In this document: positions 57,057 through 64,000 of the stretch, in pieces
Layout: each line of letters opens with the position of its first letter
Position numbering within the stretch: position 1 is the first letter of the stretch
Source of the DNA: an uncultured bacterium
GTDB taxonomy: Bacteria > Patescibacteriota > Minisyncoccia > Phycocordibacterales > GWA1-40-21
Direction: 5' to 3'
NCBI GenBank assembly: GCA_963716205.1
Contig: OY970290.1
Coordinates: 30,411-94,410 of the forward strand
Length of the DNA stretch: 64,000 nt
Program-made: the position numbers and the translations under genes
The notes under the pieces: generated by a model
Databases searched by the model: none
Told to the model about the DNA's origin: nothing
What the model saw: only the letters and a program-made list of their open reading frames with translations

Positions 57057-58973
57057 ATGGAAGAGCCGCAGGAGAAAAAAAATAAAATAGAAGAGCTCGA
57101 GGACACATTGTATTCAAGGAATGCAGACAATGTGTTTTTCAAAAAAAGGCACTCACTTTCAAGCGAGCCCGTGGCGAAAAACATTTCTTCCGCATGGTCA
57201 GATGATGAAGAAAAGCCGTCGGACATGATTCATATCCCTTTCACCAAAATTTTCATCGGAGCGCTTATTTTTTTCATCATTGCCGCAGGATTTGCATTCT
57301 ATGAATTTTTCGGCGGATCAAATACCGTGTCGGGAGACAATATTGCCATTCTTGTCAGCGGTCCGGTATCAGTTTCCGGCGGGGAGGCTTTTCCGCTTGA
57401 TATCAAAGTAGAAAATAACAATGCTGTGGCGCTCAATAATGTCAGCTTATTGGTTGAATATCCGGACGACACGCGCGACCCGAATGATTCATCGGTTGCC
57501 TTGCCCCGATATACGCAGACGATCGGGACGATTGATGCGGGCAAAAATATCGATCAGATTGTAAAAGCTGCCATGTATGGACAAGAAAATACTCCCGAAG
57601 TTATAAAAATAACGATTCAATACAACATTGCCGGTTCAAATGCCGTTTTCACCAAAGAAAAAGATTACAATCTTGTCATCAGTTCTTCGCCGGTCAATAT
57701 CGCCGTCACCGGAGATTCCGAAGTCAATGCAAATCAGCAGACGAGTTTTTCAGTCAACATCACTTCGAATTCTTTGACAACGGTCAAGGGAATGATTTTG
57801 AAAGTAGATTATCCGTTCGGATTTAATTTTACTTCCGCCAATCCGGCGCCAACATCTTTAAACAATGATGTTTTTGCCATTGGAGATCTTGCACCCGGAG
57901 CACAAAGGACGATTAACATTACCGGTTCTATAAACGGTCAAAATGGCGACGAGCAGGTTTTGAAATTTACTGTCGGCACTCCGACATCAGACAATACTGA
58001 TGTAGCGACACCGTTTGCGGTTTACTCGATGGACGTTTCTGTCAAAAAACCGTCAGTCGGAGTCACTGTCTCTGTCAATCAGAATTCGAACAGTCCGATT
58101 CCAATCGATATTGGCGATAAAAATAGCGTGGCTATTGCGTGGCAAAACAATTTACCTCAGCAGATAAACGACATGAGCGTCAATGTAAAATTTACTGGGC
58201 AAGCGCTCGATGAGCAGTCGGTCAATGTGGATAATGGATTCTATAATTCATCGGATAACTCCATCACTTTCGACAAAACCGAAATTTCCGATCTTGAGAC
58301 CGTCAATCCGTCTGATCAAGGCACGATGACATTTGATTTTTCAACACTTCTTCCTTCTTTGAATCCGAGTATACCGTTCGCCAATTCGCAGATTGCCATG
58401 GACATTACTGTTACCGGCACACCAGCAGGCGGCAACAATACGGTGCAAACGCTGTATTCCGGCGAAACCGTTTTGAAAATATCATCTGGCATTAATCTTC
58501 TTTCCCAAGGATTCAGAACAGTTGGACCATTTGAAAATAGCGGACCATTTCCGCCGCAAGTCGATAGCACAACTACATACACCGTTACTTTGACCGCGAC
58601 AAATTCTTTCAACAATGTGAACAATGCAAAAGTTACCGCCGCGCTCGCTCCGGGTGTTATCTGGACCGGATTCACAAGCCCGTCAAGCGAACAAATCAAT
58701 TACGATCAGGCGAGCGGTCAGGTCGTTTGGAATATCGGCACTATGGCGGCAAATACCGGAGTCAATTCTTCACCGAGACAAGTTTCTTTCCAAGTCGCAG
58801 TCATTCCGAGCATTACAGAAGTCGGTTCCATCATGACTCTGGTAAACGATGCGACCTTGACCGGCACGGATACCTTTTCCGGAGAAAACCTGAATGCAAC
58901 GCAGCCGCCGGTAACGACCGATATCACGTCCGATCCCGCGTATCAGGATGGTATCGGAATCGTGGCGCAATAA
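57057..58973 (+). CDS. TM-anchored large extracellular protein with repeated beta-sandwich (DUF11-like) domains
   Basis: Cytoplasmic N-terminus and a single TM (IFIGALIFFIIAAGFAFY). Then about 550 aa of repetitive T/S/N-rich beta domains (..YTVTLTATNSFNNVNNAKV..). Confidence 0.6.
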   Translation: MEEPQEKKNKIEELEDTLYSRNADNVFFKKRHSLSSEPVAKNISSAWSDDEEKPSDMIHIPFTKIFIGALIFFIIAAGFAFYEFFGGSNTVSGDNIAILVSGPVSVSGGEAFPLDIKVENNNAVALNNVSLLVEYPDDTRDPNDSSVALPRYTQTIGTIDAGKNIDQIVKAAMYGQENTPEVIKITIQYNIAGSNAVFTKEKDYNLVISSSPVNIAVTGDSEVNANQQTSFSVNITSNSLTTVKGMILKVDYPFGFNFTSANPAPTSLNNDVFAIGDLAPGAQRTINITGSINGQNGDEQVLKFTVGTPTSDNTDVATPFAVYSMDVSVKKPSVGVTVSVNQNSNSPIPIDIGDKNSVAIAWQNNLPQQINDMSVNVKFTGQALDEQSVNVDNGFYNSSDNSITFDKTEISDLETVNPSDQGTMTFDFSTLLPSLNPSIPFANSQIAMDITVTGTPAGGNNTVQTLYSGETVLKISSGINLLSQGFRTVGPFENSGPFPPQVDSTTTYTVTLTATNSFNNVNNAKVTAALAPGVIWTGFTSPSSEQINYDQASGQVVWNIGTMAANTGVNSSPRQVSFQVAVIPSITEVGSIMTLVNDATLTGTDTFSGENLNATQPPVTTDITSDPAYQDGIGIVAQ

Positions 58974-59015
58974 AATAGGCTGGAAAAATAATTCATTTTG
59001 GAGTAGATTAGATAA

Positions 59016-60335
59016 ATGGCAAAAAACGAATCAAACAAAAGGATGGAAGAAATCATTTCTCTTTGCAAAAGGAGGGGATTTGTCTATCCAGGATCGGAAA
59101 TCTACGGCGGGCTTGCCGGCACATGGGATTACGGCCCGCTCGGTATTACGCTGAAAAATAATATTAAAAATCTGTGGTGGAAAACATTCGTGACTGATCG
59201 CGAGGATATGTATGGTATTGACGCGGCGATTTTGATGAATCAAAAAGTCTGGAAAGCGTCAGGGCACGTTGCCACGTTTTCCGATCCGCTCGTTGAATGC
59301 AAGAAGTGCAAAAAGCGTTTTCGTGCGGACCAGCTTGAAAATGACAAGAAATGTCCGGAATGCGGCGGCGAGCTTGGCGAAGCGCGCCAGTTCAACATGA
59401 TGTTTCAAACACACGTGGGACCTGTCGCAAATGACGAATCAATTTCATATTTGAGGCCGGAGACCGCGCAGGGTATGTTTGTAAATTATAAAAATGTTCT
59501 CGACAGTTTCCATCCGAAACTCCCGTTTGGTCTGGCGCAGATCGGCAAAGCGTTCAGAAATGAAATTGCGCCCAGAGATTTTACGTTCCGCTCGCGCGAG
59601 TTCGAACAGATGGAAATCGAATATTTTCTGAAAGGGGAGAATTGGAAAAAAGTTTTTGAATATTGGAGAGGCGAAATGTGGACATGGATGGAATCGCTTG
59701 GCCTGCCGAAAAATCATATTCATGAGCTTGAAGTTCCTGCGGAAAAATTGGCGCATTATTCAAAGAGAACGATTGATTTCGAATATGATTTTCCATTTGG
59801 TCTCAACGAGCTTTATGGTTTGGCGTATCGAACAGATTTTGATTTGAAGAACCACTCAGAAGCAAGCGGAGTCGAGCTCAATTATCTCGATGAAGAAACA
59901 AAAGAGCGCTTTACACCGCACTGCGTCGAGCCGACATTCGGCGTAGATCGGAGTATTCTTGCTGTTATCTGCGAAGCATATACCGAGGATGAGCTTGGCG
60001 GAGAAAAAAGAATATTCATGAAATTCAAGCCGGCGCTTGCACCGGTGAAGATTGCCGTCTTTCCGCTTTTGAAAAATAAGCCGGAGCTTGTAAAAAAAGC
60101 ACGGGAAGTGTATTTGAGTTTAAAAAAAGAATTTGGCGCAGTCATGTTCGATGATAATGGCAATATTGGCAAACGATACCGCCGGCAGGATGAGATCGGT
60201 ACGCCATACTGCGTGACGGTGGATTTCGAGACAATTGAAAAAGATAACTGCGTGACCGTGCGGGATAGAGACACAGGGAATCAAGAACGGGTGAAAATCG
60301 AAGATTTAACAAAGCATTTCAAAAAAGCACTTTAA
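59016..60335 (+). CDS. glyQS: Glycyl-tRNA synthetase (alpha2 dimeric type)
   Basis: RRGFVYPGSEIYGGLAGTWDYGPLG N-terminus, class II motifs, a zinc-knuckle (CKKCKKRF..CPECGG), and an anticodon-binding C-terminus. Confidence 0.9.
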   Translation: MAKNESNKRMEEIISLCKRRGFVYPGSEIYGGLAGTWDYGPLGITLKNNIKNLWWKTFVTDREDMYGIDAAILMNQKVWKASGHVATFSDPLVECKKCKKRFRADQLENDKKCPECGGELGEARQFNMMFQTHVGPVANDESISYLRPETAQGMFVNYKNVLDSFHPKLPFGLAQIGKAFRNEIAPRDFTFRSREFEQMEIEYFLKGENWKKVFEYWRGEMWTWMESLGLPKNHIHELEVPAEKLAHYSKRTIDFEYDFPFGLNELYGLAYRTDFDLKNHSEASGVELNYLDEETKERFTPHCVEPTFGVDRSILAVICEAYTEDELGGEKRIFMKFKPALAPVKIAVFPLLKNKPELVKKAREVYLSLKKEFGAVMFDDNGNIGKRYRRQDEIGTPYCVTVDFETIEKDNCVTVRDRDTGNQERVKIEDLTKHFKKAL

Positions 60336-60336
60336 T

Positions 60337-61602
60337 ATGCAATACACGAAAAAAGTTTTGAAAAATGGTCTGCGAATTATTACCGTACCAATGAAGAGCA
60401 ACCCGACCGTGACGGTGCTCGTGCTTGTCGAAGCTGGATCGAAATATGAAAATAAAGAAAATAACGGCATATCGCATTTTCTTGAGCACATGTGTTTCAA
60501 AGGAACGACGAAACGGCCGACGGCGGGAGACATCAGTCGGGAGCTTGACGGCATCGGATCTGTCTACAATGCGTTCACCTCGCATGAATACACCGGATAT
60601 TATGCAAAAGCGGATTATAAAAACACCGATAAAATTATTGACGTGGTTTCGGACTTGTATTTGAATCCGATTTTTCCGGAAAAAGAAATCGAAAAAGAAA
60701 AGGGAGTGATCATTGAAGAGATCAACATGTATAACGATTCGCCGCGAAGCATCGCTATTAAAGAATTTTTCAAACTTCTCTATGGCGATCAACCGGCAGG
60801 ATGGCCAGTGGCCGGATTAAAAAATAATATTCACAAGATGGCGCGGACGGATTTTATCGATTACCGCAACAAGCATTATGTTGCATCGGCGACAACCATT
60901 ATCATCTCCGGCAAGATACATGAAAAAGAAATTATCCAGAAAATTTCAAAGATTTTCAAAGATGCCGGCACTTGGAAAAAAGAAGGAAAAAGAAAAGTGA
61001 TTGAATCGCAAGTGGCACCAGAGGCAGTCGTTTTTTACAAAGACACCGATCAAACGCATATTATTGTTGGCAGCAGGTCTTTTGACGTCTATAACAGATA
61101 CAATCCGATTATCCGCGTTCTTGACGGTATTCTTTCTGGCATGTCCGGACGCTTGTTCCAGAAAATGCGCGAAGAGCTGGGGATTTGTTATTATGTTTCT
61201 GCTGACAATGATGTCTTTACCGATCACGGCGTGTTTTCAGTTTCGGCGGGAGTCGACAGCACGAGAGTTAAAGAGGGAATCAGTGCAATCCTTTCGGAGC
61301 TGAAAAAATTAAAAACTGAACTTGTAAAAAAAGACGAGCTCGACAAAGTCAAACAGTATTTGATCGGAAGGATGAATCTCGGACTTGAATCGTCCGATGC
61401 AGTCGCCAATTTTTACGGCGGACAGGAAATACTGAAAGAAAAAATAAAAACTCCGGAAGATATCGTAAAGGAAATAAAAGCGGTGACAGCGGAAGAAATA
61501 AAATTCGTCGCTGAGCGAATATTCAAAAATGAAGGACTGAACCTCGCCATCGTCGGCAAATTCAAAGACAAAAAAGAGTTTTTGGAAGTGCTGAAATTCT
61601 GA
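60337..61602 (+). CDS. M16-family (pitrilysin/insulinase-like) zinc peptidase
   Basis: Inverted zinc motif HFLEH (HxxEH) with downstream E. Two-domain length of 421 aa. Confidence 0.85.
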   Translation: MQYTKKVLKNGLRIITVPMKSNPTVTVLVLVEAGSKYENKENNGISHFLEHMCFKGTTKRPTAGDISRELDGIGSVYNAFTSHEYTGYYAKADYKNTDKIIDVVSDLYLNPIFPEKEIEKEKGVIIEEINMYNDSPRSIAIKEFFKLLYGDQPAGWPVAGLKNNIHKMARTDFIDYRNKHYVASATTIIISGKIHEKEIIQKISKIFKDAGTWKKEGKRKVIESQVAPEAVVFYKDTDQTHIIVGSRSFDVYNRYNPIIRVLDGILSGMSGRLFQKMREELGICYYVSADNDVFTDHGVFSVSAGVDSTRVKEGISAILSELKKLKTELVKKDELDKVKQYLIGRMNLGLESSDAVANFYGGQEILKEKIKTPEDIVKEIKAVTAEEIKFVAERIFKNEGLNLAIVGKFKDKKEFLEVLKF

Positions 61603-61639
61603 TTGCATCCGGCAAAATAATGTGCTAATCTCTATTTCT

Positions 61640-62152
61640 ATGAGTAAAAAAGCAGGAGCGCCAAAAGTAAGCGGAGAGAAGATATACGAAATCGGATATC
61701 ACATTATTTCCTCTGTCGCCGAAGAAAATATTCCAAAAGAAGTCGCGAAAGTGAAGGAATATTTGGCGAAAGAAAACGCCATTATTATTTCCGAAGAAAC
61801 ACCGGCACTTCGACCGCTCGCATACCCTATTAAAAAAGCTACCGGCGGAGTTTATAAAACATACGACAAAGCATATTTCGGCTTCATCAAATTTGAATTG
61901 TCCGAAGGTGGAGATGTTATCAAAATTGACGAGAAAATGAAAGCGGATGAAAATATTCTCCGATTCATTGTTGTCAAAACCGTTAGAGAAAACACCATGT
62001 ATTCCCCGAAAATCACCGTATTTTCCGATAAAGAAGCAAAGATAAAAATTCCTGCAAAAGCGGAAAAAATCGAAAAAGTTGCAGAAACCTCCGCATCTGC
62101 CGAAGAAATCGACGCGGGGATCGACGCTCTTATCTCAAAAGAGGAAATATAG
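61640..62152 (+). CDS. rpsF: 30S ribosomal protein S6 (with long charged C-terminal tail)
   Basis: YEIGYHI....E......V....I...GG.I.....G.R.LAYPI motif, and the rpsF-ssb-rpsR operon context. Confidence 0.8.
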   Translation: MSKKAGAPKVSGEKIYEIGYHIISSVAEENIPKEVAKVKEYLAKENAIIISEETPALRPLAYPIKKATGGVYKTYDKAYFGFIKFELSEGGDVIKIDEKMKADENILRFIVVKTVRENTMYSPKITVFSDKEAKIKIPAKAEKIEKVAETSASAEEIDAGIDALISKEEI

Positions 62153-62164
62153 TATACTGTTGTT

Positions 62165-62620
62165 ATGAACATCAACAAAGCATTTTTGTTCGGAAATTTA
62201 ACAAGGGATCCGGAATTAAAATCGCTACCAAGCGGCACGAAAGTCGCTTCCTTTGCCGTGGCGACGAACAGGACATGGAAAGATAAAAACGGTGCAAAGC
62301 AGGAAGATGTAACATTTCATAATGTCGTTGCGTTCGGCAAACAGGCGGAAGTCATTACTCAATATTTAAAAAAAGGAAACAGTATTTTTGTCGAAGGAAG
62401 AATTGCCAACAGATCCTGGGATGACAAAGACGGCGTGAAGAAATATCGTTCGGAAATTATCCTTGAAAATTTCCAATTTGGTCCGAGCGCAAAGGGAGGA
62501 ACATTTTCAGGAAGTTCAACATTGACAAATACGGAAGCTCCCGCAAAAGGAAAAATGCCGGAGATGGATACCATCGAATATCCTTCAGAGGAGATCAATC
62601 CGGACGATATTCCGTTTTAG
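62165..62620 (+). CDS. ssb: Single-stranded DNA-binding protein
   Basis: OB-fold (FLFGNLTRDPELK......VASFAVATNR.W), a G/S-rich tail, and the C-terminal DDIPF protein-interaction tip. Confidence 0.9.
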   Translation: MNINKAFLFGNLTRDPELKSLPSGTKVASFAVATNRTWKDKNGAKQEDVTFHNVVAFGKQAEVITQYLKKGNSIFVEGRIANRSWDDKDGVKKYRSEIILENFQFGPSAKGGTFSGSSTLTNTEAPAKGKMPEMDTIEYPSEEINPDDIPF

Positions 62621-62661
62621 TTGCAATAAATAATAAATTATAGTAGTATCGAGCTTCAAAT

Positions 62662-62862
62662 ATGAAACAGTGCTTTTTTTCGCAAAATAATATCAAATAC
62701 GTGGATTACAAGGATATTGCGCTCCTCAAGCAATTTCTCAATCCGCATGCGCGTATTCAGGGCAAAAAGAAAACTTTTGTGAATGCAAAGAGTCAGCGAC
62801 AGCTTTCTCAAGCCGTCAAACGAGCCAGATTTATGGCACTCCTTCCATTTGTTGCAAAATAG
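62662..62862 (+). CDS. rpsR: 30S ribosomal protein S18
   Basis: IDYKD...L..F......I......T...AK.QR.L..A.KRAR..ALLPF consensus. Confidence 0.88.
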   Translation: MKQCFFSQNNIKYVDYKDIALLKQFLNPHARIQGKKKTFVNAKSQRQLSQAVKRARFMALLPFVAK

Positions 62863-62871
62863 TTCTTGCTT

Positions 62872-63447
62872 ATGGCAACGCTTAACTACAACGAAATCAC
62901 TCCGAGAAAGACGATCATTTACGATGGTCAGCCGTGCGAAGTTTTGACCAGCAAAACTGGTTCAAAAGGTGGCTACAAAGCGGTCAATGTCGCCAAACTG
63001 AAAAATATCATTACCGGCAAAGTGGTGGAAATTTCATTCCATCAGTCCGAGCGCGTGGAAGAAGCTGATATCGAATACAAAGACGCGAAATTTTTATACA
63101 AAGACAACAAAGGCGAGCTGTGGTTTTGTGATCCAAAAAATCCCGCGAACCGTTTCAAGCTTGAAGAAGAAGTCATTGGTATGCCGGCAAAATTCATGAA
63201 GGCGAATTCCATCGTGGAGACCATGATTTATGATGAAAAAGTCATCGGCGTGCACTTGCCAATTAAAGTTGACCTTAAAGTAACTGAGGCAGCTCCGGCA
63301 GTGAAGGGAAATACCTCCGGCAATGCGACGAAGCAAATTACGCTTGAGTCCGGTGCTATTATCAACGCTCCGATGTTTATTACCGAAGGCGAAGTTGTCA
63401 CGGTGAATACCGAGGACGGACAATATGTTTCGCGAGCAGGGAAATAA
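62872..63447 (+). CDS. efp: Elongation factor P
   Basis: Three OB/KOW-like domains. The N-terminus MATLNYNEI...IIYDGQPCEVL...TGSKGGY fits EF-P. Confidence 0.9.
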   Translation: MATLNYNEITPRKTIIYDGQPCEVLTSKTGSKGGYKAVNVAKLKNIITGKVVEISFHQSERVEEADIEYKDAKFLYKDNKGELWFCDPKNPANRFKLEEEVIGMPAKFMKANSIVETMIYDEKVIGVHLPIKVDLKVTEAAPAVKGNTSGNATKQITLESGAIINAPMFITEGEVVTVNTEDGQYVSRAGK

Positions 63448-63494
63448 ATTTGAATACAAAAGGGCGGCTCGCGAAGCGAGCCGCCCTTTTTTAA
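63448..63494. terminator. Bidirectional terminator (aaagggcggctcgc-gaa-gcgagccgccctttttt)
   Basis: Perfect 14-bp GC-rich stem with A and T flanks. Confidence 0.75.
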
Positions 63495-63638
63495 CTAATT
63501 ACTAAACAAGCTTTTGATCAATCCCAAAATACCGACGACAAGAAGAAGTTCGGAAAGCGAAAAAGTAAAATTGATTTTTGGATCATAGATCATGACGACA
63601 CCGAGTATGATGAGAAATATCCATCCAAGTTGTTTCAT
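63495..63638 (-). CDS. Hydrophobic micro-protein (47 aa), apparently translationally coupled to recA
   Basis: MKQLGWIFLIILGVVMIYDPKINFTFSLSELLLVVGILGLIKSLFSN. Its ATG begins 1 nt after the recA stop codon, and the bidirectional terminator follows it. Confidence 0.3.
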   Translation of the reverse strand: MKQLGWIFLIILGVVMIYDPKINFTFSLSELLLVVGILGLIKSLFSN

Positions 63639-63639
63639 A

Positions 63640-64000
63640 TTATATTTCTTTTAGCTTTGCTCTTATAACTTTTAATATTTCATTGGCGACTTTCGGATTT
63701 TCTTTCAAATAGGTGCGGGCACTATCATATCCTCGGCCGATTTTTTCACCGTTGTATTCATATGATGAGCCGGATTTCTTGATAATATCCATTTTTTCTC
63801 CGAGCGCCAGCATTTCGCCTTCTTTTGAAATACCCTCGTTATACATCAAATCGAATTCTGTCTGCTTGAACGGCGCCGCAACTTTATTTTTGACGACCTT
63901 GACCCGCACGCGTCCGCCCATAATTTCTTCACCCTTCTTTATTTGTGCAATTCTGCGGATATCAAGTCTCACTGAAGTATAAAATTTCAATGCTTTTCCT
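63640..64000 (-). CDS. recA: Recombinase RecA, C-terminal part (gene continues beyond the window end)
   Basis: ...[54 protein letters not shown]... is the conserved RecA C-terminal core ([12 protein letters not shown]...VKVVKNK.APPFK.AEF). Confidence 0.88.
   Translation of the reverse strand, partial: GKALKFYTSVRLDIRRIAQIKKGEEIMGGRVRVKVVKNKVAAPFKQTEFDLMYNEGISKEGEMLALGEKMDIIKKSGSSYEYNGEKIGRGYDSARTYLKENPKVANEILKVIRAKLKEI

Noticed and set aside
1-64000. Alternative genetic code (UGA recoding, as in some candidate-phyla lineages)
   Set aside because: UGA terminates several clearly homologous ORFs at the expected length (AI-2E transporter at ~34492-34494, metG at 36003-36005). No conserved protein shows in-frame UGA.

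Overview
This low-GC window is dense with housekeeping genes and reads like the origin-proximal part of a small bacterial chromosome. The gene content and compact, truncated proteins are consistent with an uncultivated small-genome bacterium, possibly Patescibacteria/CPR-like, but that is inference only. Standard genetic code: UGA terminates several ORFs that have clear homologues. I saw no rRNA, tRNA or CRISPR array.

Gene content from start to end:
- Origin region: divergent rnpA-rpmH (-) and dnaA-dnaN (+).
- A class A PBP and tyrS.
- ruvC (with an apparent +1 frameshift), a short yebC-like regulator and ruvB.
- A GspE/PilB ATPase, tsaE, polA, tig and nusA.
- A 1540-aa surface protein containing about 4.4 perfect 123-bp tandem repeats.
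- A type IV pilus locus (pilB, pilC, then four convergent pilin-like genes, two of them unusually large).
- An AI-2E transporter, metG and tatD.
- An RNA methyltransferase, folD, and secE-nusG-rplK.
- A compact dTTP-synthesis module (tandem thyX-like, dcd, T4-like dNMP kinase, tmk, dut).
- A GH1 beta-glucosidase, a SWIB protein, argS, ileS, recO-like, glyQS, an M16 peptidase, rpsF-ssb-rpsR, efp, and a recA fragment at the end.

Most notable observations:
- The type-2 IleRS carries an in-frame ~200-aa insertion that reads as a SixA/PGAM-type histidine phosphatase domain (RHGEAESN ... CSPFMRTKETA ... ISHNTP).
- The ThyX-like gene is a tandem duplication with complementary motif loss between the two halves.
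- There is a 17-bp perfect inverted-repeat element in the pilB-ruvB spacer.
- Two small ORFs absent from the track carry full expression signals.

Coordinates I derived by my own reading of the sequence lines may be off by 1-2 nt; in one line my parse was shifted by 1 relative to the ORF track.
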